The notes under the pieces were generated by a model. That model was not told the DNA's origin. It did no database searches and saw nothing but the letters and a program-made list of their open reading frames with translations. From an uncultured Spirochaetales bacterium (lineage in GTDB: Bacteria; Spirochaetota; Spirochaetia; Treponematales; Treponemataceae), in assembly GCA_946061495.1 (NCBI GenBank), contig CAMGSV010000001.1, positions 1 to 38,413 on the forward strand: 38,413 bases of DNA, read 5' to 3'. Positions 20,078 to 28,926 of this stretch are shown in pieces. The first letter of the stretch is position 1, and each line of letters begins with the position of its first letter. The position numbers and the translations under genes are program-made.

Positions 20078-20512
20078 ATGGAACAAAAGGCTCTGTCCCT
20101 AGATGAGGGAAAATTCAGACAACTTTATGAGGCAGCCTGTGCTGTTGCAAGGAATTCCTATTCTCCATACTCCCATTTTCCTGTGGGGGCAGCCCTGCTG
20201 ATGGAGGACGGTTCCATAATTACTGGGGCAAACATAGAGAATCGCTCCTTTGGCCTCACCAACTGTGCCGAGCGCAGCGCCATCTTTACCGCCATGTCTG
20301 CCGGACACCGTAGCTTTGTAGCCCTAGTGATTGTGACCCCCGCCAGCGACTATCCCGTGGGACCCTGTGGAGCCTGCCGTCAGGTGCTGACTGAATTCGC
20401 CCCGGCTCAGACACCGGTGTGGTTCGGCCCCAGTTGGGACAGGATGGTGCGGACCACCCTGGGTGAACTGTATCCCTATGACTCGCTGCACGAGTTGGCC
20501 TCATCCTTGTAG
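20078..20512 (+). CDS. cdd: Cytidine deaminase
   Basis: YSPYSHFPVGAA, NIEN, CAERSA, PCGACRQ. Confidence 0.95.
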   Translation: MEQKALSLDEGKFRQLYEAACAVARNSYSPYSHFPVGAALLMEDGSIITGANIENRSFGLTNCAERSAIFTAMSAGHRSFVALVIVTPASDYPVGPCGACRQVLTEFAPAQTPVWFGPSWDRMVRTTLGELYPYDSLHELASSL

Positions 20513-20550
20513 TTTGGAGAAATTGACTTCAATGGAACCCCTTGCAAGCC

Positions 20551-20579
20551 TTGACATAAAACGGCAAACAATGCAAAAT
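20551..20579 (+). promoter_or_regulatory. Putative sigma70 promoter
   Basis: TTGACA-17 bp-CAAAAT upstream of the HTH-EIIA gene. Confidence 0.4.
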
Positions 20580-20627
20580 AGGGGTAAAGATTGATACGTA
20601 TTACAATTCACAATTGAGGTTAACCAC

Positions 20628-21278
20628 GTGATTGACGATATTCTGACTATAGAAGAGGTTGCGAAGTACCTGCGGGTATCCGAGCGGACAGTGTATGACT
20701 GGGCACAGAAGGGGGAGATTCCTTCTGGAAAAATCGGAACAGTATGGCGCTTCAAGAAGAGCGAGATTGAGAAATGGGTGAACGACCGCCTTTCCTCCAG
20801 CTCCAAGCCCAGCACACCTCCCAGTATTGTCCAGGTTCGGAACATTTTGTCGCCCGACAGAATCGTTTTCCTGAACCACTCGACCAAGCAGGATGCATTG
20901 GTAGCCCTTGCCAACACACTGGGTGGTGCCCCCCAAATAAAGAATAGTCAGGAGCTGGCTACGGAGATTCTCAAGCGGGAAGAGCTGATGTCCACTGCCA
21001 TCGGGCGGGGCATTGCCATTCCCCACGTGCGTCTTGCCTCTGTCACCGACTTGGTGATGGCGGTGGGAATCAGCCGCACGGACATAATCGACTTTCAGGC
21101 AATTGACGACACACCGGTACGCCTGCTGTTTATGATTGCCGCAGCCTATAATCAGCATTCCTACTACCTGCAGACACTGTCCTTCTTTAGCTCACGGTTG
21201 AAGAGCCAGGAACTGCGGGACAACCTGCTGACGGCAGAGACCCCTCTGGATGCCTACAACCTGCTGCTGAGCGAGTGA
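20628..21278 (+). CDS. Excisionase-like HTH fused to PTS EIIA (fructose/nitrogen-regulatory type)
   Basis: LTIEEVAKYLRVSERTVYDW...KIGTVWRF; REELMSTAIGRGIAIPHVR. Confidence 0.9.
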   Translation: MIDDILTIEEVAKYLRVSERTVYDWAQKGEIPSGKIGTVWRFKKSEIEKWVNDRLSSSSKPSTPPSIVQVRNILSPDRIVFLNHSTKQDALVALANTLGGAPQIKNSQELATEILKREELMSTAIGRGIAIPHVRLASVTDLVMAVGISRTDIIDFQAIDDTPVRLLFMIAAAYNQHSYYLQTLSFFSSRLKSQELRDNLLTAETPLDAYNLLLSE

Positions 21279-21306
21279 CGGAACCATCCGTTCCTAGATT
21301 TTGATG

Positions 21307-21929
21307 TGAGGGGCTGTCTTGGAAGTTTTACAACTTTATCAAAAACAGCCCCTTTTTTTGCTGTATTTTTCTAAATTTTTAGCTGTGTTCTTGTGAAGTT
21401 TTTTCTTTATGGATTCATTGGTCTAACAATCTGCTTGATATCATAACCGATTATCAATAATCCCCATTCAACTCAAACTTTTTCATGCTACGCAGCTGAA
21501 ATCGTCTGAACTTTTGGTTGCTTGAATGTATTGTTCTGAAATCGGGTTTGTGAAATCCTGTCAACTGTATCATAGATACATTTTGTCGGCATTGTCTTGC
21601 CATTTGTCTTGATGAATATATTCCCGTCATATAGCAATATATCAATACTTTTGACAGTATAACTGGATTATAGTGACTTGCTCTGCCTCCTCTTGTATTT
21701 TTTCAAACACTTCCCTGTTTCTTAGTTCATCTACTGTCTTGCTTACTATTCTTACAAAATGAGTTTCGGGCACCAACTCTTCCAAACTCGGTGGCAATAA
21801 CCATTATTCACTTAGAGTTTATAGGTGATTTTTCGCTTACGCCTCTGCTCTGATTTGAAGTTTAGTAGATTTAATTGTCTGTAAATTTTAAAATAATAAG
21901 GGACTGGCTACTTTTGGAACAGCCCCTCA
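21307..21929 (-). mobile_element. Internally deleted, degenerate IS1182-family element
   Basis: AT-rich block bounded by inverted ends tgaggggctgt / acagcccctca. Minus-strand fragments LLPPSLEELVPETHFVR, YNPVILSKVLIYCYMTGIYSSRQ...KPDFRTI, followed directly by C-terminal KFRRFQLR. Confidence 0.8.
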
Positions 21930-21946
21930 TTGTTTCTACCTCAATC

Positions 21947-23227
21947 TCACTTCTCGCCGTCCACTGTCTTGGGGAGAATCAGGTTCAAAAGGATTCCCAC
22001 CACCGTGGCCAGGGCAATGCCGCCTAAGGAGAAGGTAAAGTCTTTTCCCACCTGGAACGGCAGGAGGCCACCACCGATCACAATCACCAGAATGACAGAG
22101 GAGATGGTGAGGTTCCGCTTGTCCTTGTAGTCAACGCCGCTTTCCACAATGGTACGCAGACCGCTGGAGGCAATCAGACCGTAGAGGAGCATGGAGATGC
22201 CCCCCATCACCGGTCCGGGAATGGTCTGGATGATGGCACCAAACTTCTGGATGAAGGACAAAACCAGCGCCACCACCGCGGCTCCACCAATAACCCACAC
22301 GCTGTAGACCTTGGTGATAGCCATGACGCCGATGTTCTCGCCATAGGTGGTGTTGGGCGGACCGCCCCAGAGGGCTGCCCAGGCGGAGGCCAAACCGTCT
22401 CCCAGCAGGGTGCGGTGCAGGCCGGGATTCTTGTAGAAGTCCTGTCCCACAACTCGGGAGGTCACCAGTGTGTCGCCCAAGTGCTCGCAGATGGTGGCCA
22501 ATGACACGATGATGAAGGTGACGATGGGAACCAGGCTGAACTTGGGGATGGCGAACTGGGGCAGTCCAAACCAGTTGGCCTGCTGGACAACGGAGAAGTC
22601 AATGAGCTTGTAGGCAGGAAAAATCATTCCCATAATCAGGGTGAACAGGTAGCCGCCCACCAGTCCGATGAGGATGGAGATGGTGTTGAAGAAGCCCTTG
22701 AAGAAGATAGTGGCCACAATGGCGATGGCTAGTGTTACAATGGCGATGGAGAAGTACACCAGAGAGTACTGGTCGCCGTTCATCATGGCGGAGGTCATGG
22801 CAGTGGGGGCCAAGTTCAGACCGATGACGATGATGACAGAGCCAATGACTACTGGCGGCAGCGCCCGGTCCAGCCACTTGGTTCCCGCCAGCTTGACGAT
22901 TCCTGACACCAGGGCATAGAAGATGCCGGCGCAGAAGGCTCCACCTAGGGCGTAGGTCATTCCGTACTCAGCGGAGATGCCAATGAGGGGCGGGATGAAG
23001 GCGAAGGATGAGCCAAGGAAGGCGGGAACCTTTGCCCCGGTAATCAGGATGTACAGCAGTGTTCCCGTTCCCGCCGTAAACAGGGCGGTGGAGGGGCTCA
23101 AGCCCGTCAGCAGGGGAACCAGTACGGTGGCCCCAAACATGGCGAACACGTGCTGGAAGCTCAAGGGAATCCAGCGTGCAAGGGGTGGCCGGTCGGCAGG
23201 CCCCAGAATCTGTTGGTTTTTTGACAT
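21947..23227 (-). CDS. uraA: Uracil/xanthine permease (NCS2, UraA/PyrP type)
   Basis: QHVFAMFGATVLVP, LGSSFAFI, PNTTYGENIGV; GAGGAG RBS before ATG 23227. Confidence 0.9.
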   Translation of the reverse strand: MSKNQQILGPADRPPLARWIPLSFQHVFAMFGATVLVPLLTGLSPSTALFTAGTGTLLYILITGAKVPAFLGSSFAFIPPLIGISAEYGMTYALGGAFCAGIFYALVSGIVKLAGTKWLDRALPPVVIGSVIIVIGLNLAPTAMTSAMMNGDQYSLVYFSIAIVTLAIAIVATIFFKGFFNTISILIGLVGGYLFTLIMGMIFPAYKLIDFSVVQQANWFGLPQFAIPKFSLVPIVTFIIVSLATICEHLGDTLVTSRVVGQDFYKNPGLHRTLLGDGLASAWAALWGGPPNTTYGENIGVMAITKVYSVWVIGGAAVVALVLSFIQKFGAIIQTIPGPVMGGISMLLYGLIASSGLRTIVESGVDYKDKRNLTISSVILVIVIGGGLLPFQVGKDFTFSLGGIALATVVGILLNLILPKTVDGEK

Positions 23228-23303
23228 GGTAGCTCCTCTTGGCGGCTTGAATCTGTCGTGTTTCCGGATAGCCGCACAACAACAATCAACAGAAAGATAC
23301 CAT

Positions 23304-23330
23304 AAAAAGAAAGGACCGTAAAGACGGCCC
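23304..23330 (-). terminator. Terminator-like hairpin between the ABC operon and uraA
   Basis: Minus strand gggccgt-cttt-acggtcc followed by tttcttttt. Confidence 0.6.
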
Positions 23331-23373
23331 CATCTTTTGAAAAAATATTGGCAATGGCGTTTCGGAAACAAAG

Positions 23374-23466
23374 CTCCCTCAGCACGCCGCAGGCGTGCGA
23401 CTGGTTCCCGCCTTAGCGACGGAGTTTCGGAACGAAACTCCCTCAGCACGCCGCAGGCGTGCGACT
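23374..23466. repeat. Two identical 29-bp REP-like palindromic repeats (64-bp period)
   Basis: ctccctcagcacgccgcaggcgtgcgact at 23374-23402 and 23438-23466; core gcacgcc-gca-ggcgtgc; extra hairpin ggagtttcg-gaa-cgaaactcc. Confidence 0.8.
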
Positions 23467-24319
23467 ATCCCTTCACTGCACCGGAAAGCACACCCCGGAT
23501 GATGTATTTCTGGCAGGAAAGGTAGAAAATCACCACCGGCAGCATGGCCAGCACCAGCATGGCCATCATGGCGCCCATGTCCACCGCACCGTAACCACCC
23601 CGCAGGTACTGGATGGCGATGGGAATGGTCTTGTAGTCTGTTCCGATGGTGAGGTAGGGCAAAAGGTAGTCGTTCCACACCCACATGATTTCCAGTATGG
23701 CGATGGTGATGCCGGTGCTTTTCAGCATGGGGACAATCACGTGAAAGAAGATTTGCGGCGGGGTGGCGCCGTCAATCATGGCGGCCTCCTCCATGGACAG
23801 GGGGATGGACTTGATGAAGCCGGAGAACATGAAGGTGGACATGCCGCAGCCAAAGCCGATATAGATCAGGATGATGCCGAAGGGATTGTCCAGATGCAGC
23901 AGGTTGGCCATCTTGCTCATGGTGAACATCACCATCTGGAAGGGCACAATCATGGAGAACACCAGGCTGTAGTACACGCCGCTGGTGAACTTGTTCTTCA
24001 CCCGGGTGATGAACCAGGCCAGCATGCTGCTCACCAGGAGGATGCCCGCCACGGAGGCCACGGTAATCCACAGGGAGTAGCCGAAGGCCTTGAAGAACTT
24101 AATCTTGGTGATGCCGGTGACGTAGTTTGCCAGCCCCACAAAGGTGGAGTTGTCGGGATTGGTGGAGGGCAGCCGGAAGGGCTCCGTGGAGATGAACAGC
24201 CGTCCCTTGAAGGAGTTCATCAGCACCACCACAATGGGAAGCAGCACATAGATGGCCGCCAGCACCAAAAAGGCGAAGATAAACCACTTGGCGTTCTTGT
24301 TCTTCTGAATCATGCTCAT
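23465..24319 (-). CDS. Carbohydrate ABC transporter permease (MalG-like)
   Basis: IPLSMEEAAMIDGA EAA loop, WNDYLLP. Confidence 0.92.
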   Translation of the reverse strand: MSMIQKNKNAKWFIFAFLVLAAIYVLLPIVVVLMNSFKGRLFISTEPFRLPSTNPDNSTFVGLANYVTGITKIKFFKAFGYSLWITVASVAGILLVSSMLAWFITRVKNKFTSGVYYSLVFSMIVPFQMVMFTMSKMANLLHLDNPFGIILIYIGFGCGMSTFMFSGFIKSIPLSMEEAAMIDGATPPQIFFHVIVPMLKSTGITIAILEIMWVWNDYLLPYLTIGTDYKTIPIAIQYLRGGYGAVDMGAMMAMLVLAMLPVVIFYLSCQKYIIRGVLSGAVKG

Positions 24320-25167
24320 TGCTCAACCTCCTTGCTCCGGGTGATTCTCAGCTGCAGCAGGGCGATGGTGGCTACGATGATGGTGAACACCACCGCCTTG
24401 GCCTGGCCAACCCCCTCGAATCCTGTGCGGCCATAGAAGGTGTTGTAGATGTTCAGGGCCAAAAGCTCCGTCTGCTTGCCCGGCTCCCCAGCGGTGAGGG
24501 CTAGGTTCTGGTCAAAGAGCTTGAAGCCGTTGGTCATGGTCATGAAAAGACAGATGGTGATGGAGGGCATGACGCTGGGGATGATGATCTTGGTGAGGGT
24601 GGTCCACCAGCCGGCACCGTCAATGGCGGCGGCCTCCAGCATGTCTCCAGGAATGTTCTGGATGGCGGCGATGTAGATGACCATCATGTAGCCCACGTTC
24701 TGCCAGTTCATCAGCACCACCAGTCCCCAGAAGCCGTACTTCGGGTCGCTGACGATGGTGACGCCGTACTTGTACAGCACGCCGTTGATGATCACCTGCC
24801 AGATCCATCCCAGCACGATGCCGCCGATGAGGTTGGGCATGAAGAAGATGGTGCGGAACAGGTTTGTCCCCGGCACCCCCTTGGTGAGAATCAGGGCAAG
24901 CCCAAAGGCAAAGAGGTTGATGGACACCACGGAGACGATGGTAAACTTCACCGTCAGCCACAGGGCCGAGTTGAAGTAGTTGTCTATGGTGAAGGCCTTG
25001 ATGTAGTTGTCCAGACCTACCCACTGGGCGTTGGTGACATTGGTGAATTCACAGAAGGACAGGTAGATTCCCATGAACAGGGGAATCAGGAACGCAATCA
25101 GGAAGCACACGATGCCCGGCAGGGCAAAGAGGGGAAAATATTTTCCCAAGGACCTTTCCATAACCAT
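24316..25167 (-). CDS. Carbohydrate ABC transporter permease (MalF-like)
   Basis: WVGLDNY, FRTIFFMP, LEAAAIDGA; AGGAGA RBS before ATG 25167. Confidence 0.92.
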   Translation of the reverse strand: MVMERSLGKYFPLFALPGIVCFLIAFLIPLFMGIYLSFCEFTNVTNAQWVGLDNYIKAFTIDNYFNSALWLTVKFTIVSVVSINLFAFGLALILTKGVPGTNLFRTIFFMPNLIGGIVLGWIWQVIINGVLYKYGVTIVSDPKYGFWGLVVLMNWQNVGYMMVIYIAAIQNIPGDMLEAAAIDGAGWWTTLTKIIIPSVMPSITICLFMTMTNGFKLFDQNLALTAGEPGKQTELLALNIYNTFYGRTGFEGVGQAKAVVFTIIVATIALLQLRITRSKEVEQ

Positions 25168-25181
25168 ACTGAATCTCCTTG

Positions 25182-25213
25182 AAAAAAGGGGGCCTCCCAA
25201 TTGACAGCCCCCT
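25182..25213 (-). terminator. Intercistronic hairpin after the binding-protein gene
   Basis: Minus strand agggggc...gccccc-tttttt. Confidence 0.55.
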
Positions 25214-25230
25214 CAAGCTAATGCAACCGC

Positions 25231-26583
25231 TTAGTTGTTCTTTATCTTCCACTCGGCGGCCCACTGGTCTTGTGCAGTCTTCACTACAGTGTTCCAGTCA
25301 GCCTTGCCCTCGAAGTAGGCCAGCAGCGCTGAGCCCAGGGCGTTCTTCCATTCCTCGGAGGGAATGGCGGCAAAGGTCCAGCCGATGGAGGTGACGCCGC
25401 TCTTGTTCATCCAGATGCTCACCTGCTGGGACAGGGGATCGGTGGGCAGCTCGGCCTCGCTGAAGCTGTTGAAGGGAGTGATGAACTTCAGGTCCTCGGA
25501 CACCAGCTTCTTTCCGGTGGGGGAGCTGAACAGCCAGGTGAGGAAGAGGTCTGCGGCCTGCTGGGCCTCGGGGCTGGCGTTCTTGTTGATGCACAGGTAG
25601 TTCTCCGTTCCCACGCAGAGGCCGGCATTCATCTCGCCGTCAATGCCCATGTACAGGGGCAGGAACTTGATGTCAGCAGCGGCAACCTTGTTGCCGGGGG
25701 TTCCCAGAATCTGAGCGGCTGCCCAGTTTCCGTTCTGCACCATGGCGCACTGGCCCAGGGCAAACTCCGCCATGGAGTCGTCCACGCTCTTGGAGCCCAG
25801 CAGGGTTTTGGGAGTGAGGCTGTTGTTGGTGTACAGATCCATCAAATCCTTGAAGTTCTTGTTGTAGGTGAAGTCCAGCTTGTCGGCTGCCAGTCCGGTG
25901 AGGACAGGGGAGGTGCCGGGGGCCTTCTGCAGGAACTCATAGTACAGGGGAACGTTCACGGTGTGGGTCTGCCACCGCCACTGGTTTCCCGCAGCCATGG
26001 AGGTGCTGGCAAAGACACCCTTGATTCCCAGTGCGGCACTGTTCTTCTGCATGTCCTCAACCACCGCCTTCAGTGTGGCGAAGTCCTTGATCTCCTCGGC
26101 TGAAGCGATGGTCACCGCCTTGTTGGGCAGTGCGAAATACTTGCTCATGATGGCGTTGTTGTAGATGATTCCGTAGCCCTCAACAGCATAGGGGATGGCG
26201 GCAACCTTGTCGTCCAGCTTCAGTGCCATGGACTTGTCTGCCAAAAGCTTGTAGAAGTTTGTGTTGTCCAAGGGGGCAGCATCGTTGCGGGAACCTTCAA
26301 GTCCCACAGGACCGTTGGTCTGGAAGATGACCGGGGGATTTGACTTTGCCTGCTCGCTTTTCAGTGTCTGCTCGTAGGTTCCGGAGGCAGCGGTGACAAC
26401 CTTCAGCTTGTAGCCGGGGTTCTCCTTCTCGAAGGCAGGGATGACCTTTGCCTCGTAAACGTCGGCAATCTCAGGCTTGAAGTTCAGGAAGTAGATTTCC
26501 TGGGCCTTTTCCTTTCCACCACCAGCAAACAGCATGGTGCCTGCCAGTGCCAGCATCAGGGTGATACCAGGTGCTTTCTTCAT
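25231..26583 (-). CDS. Sugar ABC transporter substrate-binding protein
   Basis: Spirochaete-type leader (LFAGGGKE), YFLNFKPE, IPYAVEGYGIIYN, AMVQNGNW. Confidence 0.9.
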   Translation of the reverse strand: MKKAPGITLMLALAGTMLFAGGGKEKAQEIYFLNFKPEIADVYEAKVIPAFEKENPGYKLKVVTAASGTYEQTLKSEQAKSNPPVIFQTNGPVGLEGSRNDAAPLDNTNFYKLLADKSMALKLDDKVAAIPYAVEGYGIIYNNAIMSKYFALPNKAVTIASAEEIKDFATLKAVVEDMQKNSAALGIKGVFASTSMAAGNQWRWQTHTVNVPLYYEFLQKAPGTSPVLTGLAADKLDFTYNKNFKDLMDLYTNNSLTPKTLLGSKSVDDSMAEFALGQCAMVQNGNWAAAQILGTPGNKVAAADIKFLPLYMGIDGEMNAGLCVGTENYLCINKNASPEAQQAADLFLTWLFSSPTGKKLVSEDLKFITPFNSFSEAELPTDPLSQQVSIWMNKSGVTSIGWTFAAIPSEEWKNALGSALLAYFEGKADWNTVVKTAQDQWAAEWKIKNN

Positions 26584-26685
26584 AACACAACTCCTTTTGG
26601 TGTATAGTGAAATCTAGAAATTGCAGGCAGGTGACGGACACACCGCCGTTCCTTCCTGTAACAATTTTAACACTCTCTAAAATAT

Positions 26686-26714
26686 ATGGTAAACCGATTT
26701 ACTAGCTCTGTCAA
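26686..26714 (-). promoter_or_regulatory. Sigma70 promoter of the sugar ABC operon with an overlapping LacI-family operator
   Basis: Minus strand TTGACA-17 bp-TACCAT; near-palindrome gtaaaccgatttac (26689-26702) lies in the spacer and overlaps the -10. Confidence 0.7.
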
Positions 26715-26873
26715 GGAAGAAAAGCGATAAAATGAGTATTTTCCGACAGAAACCATGCGTCCAGCTTCGGGTCATAGAAGATTCCACTGAATAAAATGTA
26801 GTGGATGATGGCGCTGTTTTCAAACAGGGCAAGCTGGAGTGAATCTTTCTGTAAATATGCCGAAAATTCAAGT

Positions 26874-28085
26874 ATGAACAGATTTCGTTTTTCAATCCCT
26901 TGTTTGATGGTGCTGTTTCTGGCCAGCCTTCTGTCCGCCCAGTCCAGCTCTCCCCTCCATATCGGAATCGATGATATCCGACTGGACAACATCCGCTCAG
27001 AGGAGGACGGCAGTCTCCAGGGCTTCATGCTCTATGTCCGGCAGAAGGAGGGCATGAAGTCAGTCCTTTTGACGGAGACGACACGCTCTGCCGATGGTAT
27101 GGCCACCAATTACGCCTACCGTGCCTTGGAGTGGAATCCTGTCAATGGCGATGAAAAGCGTCTGCTGAACGGCCAGCCACTGGTGTCCCAGTATGCTCGG
27201 TTCAGCATCATAGACTCCACTGCGGAAAGTCATCCAGAGCTGGGGACGGCCTTCTGCCTGTTCATTCCTCTGGAGATGGAGTACGGCTATCCCTGGTCCC
27301 GCAGTGGACGCACCAAGGTGGACATAGGCACCTTCATCAATATCCGAGCCTTTGGGGCGGCCTACGGGGACTATAGTAATGGCTATGAGGACAATCCCTT
27401 CATGTTCGATTTGGGAACCGTGCCGATGGATCCGCCTGCCCCTACTGCTCTGACTGACAGCTACAATCCCCAGGCGGTCACTGCCTTTGACCTAATTGCC
27501 AGGGAGGCGGGTGGTACCATCACCTATTCCAAGGGGCCGGAAACCATTGTTGACGACATTATCAATGTGCTGGAGGAACTGGATCCCAACCGCCCGGCGG
27601 AAATTGTCTTTGTCCTGGATTCCACCGGCAGCATGAAGGACGATGTTGCACAGTTGCGGGAAAGCTTGATTCCTCGGCTGGAGGAGGCCTTGGTCGACTT
27701 TGACTCCATGCGGCTGGGGTTGCTGCTGTATCGGGATTATGTCGATGGCTACAGCTTCCGGGGGGTGCCGGTACGCTTGTATCCCTTTGCGGATAGTGTG
27801 GAGGGGTTCAAGGAGCACCTCTTTGACTTCACCATCAAGGGAAATGAAGGGGGCGATGTTCCGGAGGCAGTCTATGAGGCATTGTATGCTGCCATGGACT
27901 TCTACTCGTGGAATGAGGAAAGCCAGAAGAAGGTGGTGCTCATCGGTGATGCGGAACCTCATAGCAAGCCTCGTGGTTCAAAGAAGTATACCCGAGAGCT
28001 AGTGGTTGCCACCGCCTTGGACGGGAATTTCACCATCGACACCATCATCATCCCCGATGGAAAGTCTTCTGTTGACAGGAAATAG
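26874..28085 (+). CDS. Exported von Willebrand factor A domain protein
   Basis: Signal peptide; VFVLDSTGSM MIDAS, YRDY, GGDVPEAV, LIGDAEPH. Confidence 0.85.
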   Translation: MNRFRFSIPCLMVLFLASLLSAQSSSPLHIGIDDIRLDNIRSEEDGSLQGFMLYVRQKEGMKSVLLTETTRSADGMATNYAYRALEWNPVNGDEKRLLNGQPLVSQYARFSIIDSTAESHPELGTAFCLFIPLEMEYGYPWSRSGRTKVDIGTFINIRAFGAAYGDYSNGYEDNPFMFDLGTVPMDPPAPTALTDSYNPQAVTAFDLIAREAGGTITYSKGPETIVDDIINVLEELDPNRPAEIVFVLDSTGSMKDDVAQLRESLIPRLEEALVDFDSMRLGLLLYRDYVDGYSFRGVPVRLYPFADSVEGFKEHLFDFTIKGNEGGDVPEAVYEALYAAMDFYSWNEESQKKVVLIGDAEPHSKPRGSKKYTRELVVATALDGNFTIDTIIIPDGKSSVDRK

Positions 28086-28088
28086 CTC

Positions 28089-28514
28089 CTACTCTTGGAC
28101 TGGTTTTTCCATGAGGCCCGCTTCAATCAGCTCCTTTTCCGGCACCTTTGCCATGTCCAGTTCTGCCAGCTTCTTGAAGGCAGCAGGAAGGGTTCCTGTG
28201 GTGTCGGTGTCATAGTAGGAGAGAATTCGCTGCAGGTCGGGAATGGCTTGCTGCCACTTCTTCTGCTTTACCTTCAGGTGGGCAATCTCATATTCGGCTT
28301 CCACCAGCTTGTCCATCTGGTCTCCGTAACGGATGATGATGGTCTCGTAGTAGGCCTGGGCGGCCTTCACGTTACCCTTGTCGTAGCTATCTTGGGCAAG
28401 ATTGACGAGTTCATCGGCGGTCAGGTTCTGTGGAATGTCCTTGGGTGCTGTCTGGCAGCCCAAGAACAAGATGCCTGCCATGGCAACAGAAATGAAAAAA
28501 AATGCACGCTTCAT
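28089..28514 (-). CDS. Small TPR/BamD-like lipoprotein
   Basis: Lipobox FLGC; helical TPR-like pattern (AQDSYDKG..AAQAYY, AEYEIAHL). Confidence 0.75.
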   Translation of the reverse strand: MKRAFFFISVAMAGILFLGCQTAPKDIPQNLTADELVNLAQDSYDKGNVKAAQAYYETIIIRYGDQMDKLVEAEYEIAHLKVKQKKWQQAIPDLQRILSYYDTDTTGTLPAAFKKLAELDMAKVPEKELIEAGLMEKPVQE

Positions 28515-28633
28515 GAATTTAGTATAGCATAGGTGAATCTAAAGTAAAAGGGGGAGGGAGCCCAGTAACCTGTCCCTGACTCGGTTTCTCTCCATGGCTC
28601 CCCGCTGGAAACGCTGGGGAGTCCATCTGTATG

Positions 28634-28812
28634 CTAGGGCTTGGGGCTGACTTCCCGTTTCAACTGCTGCACGGTCTCCAGCGGGAGGCTGGTGCAGCGG
28701 GCCACCATCTGGGGAGCCAGCCCTCGGACAGAAGGTTCCTGGCCGTCTCCAGCTTGGTCTGGTAGGCACCACGCTCCAGCCCTTGCTCCAAGCCGATAGA
28801 GATGCCTTTCTC
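28634..28812 (-). pseudogene. Frameshifted C-terminal remnant of an Rpn / PD-(D/E)XK nuclease-family protein
   Basis: EKGISIGLEQGLERGAYQTKLETARNLLSEG, then after a 1-nt shift LAPQMVARCTSLPLETVQQL...TAG. Confidence 0.7.
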
Positions 28813-28926
28813 ACAGCTTAGGAAGAGAACAGTCTCTTCGGCCTTCTTCTGCCTCCCGCCCCGCTGGTACGTTCGTTTACGGTCCTGGTGGTAGGGCTCC
28901 ACCAGGTCGGGTAGCAGGGAGGGGAA

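Noticed and set aside
23230-23335. PyrR attenuator upstream of uraA
   Set aside because: A terminator-like hairpin is present, but I could not find the PyrR-binding consensus; it may simply end the ABC operon.
23374-23466. CRISPR mini-array (29-bp repeat, 35-bp spacer)
   Set aside because: Only two copies, the flanking and spacer sequences are themselves partly repeated and palindromic, and there are no cas genes or leader; REP-like is a better fit.
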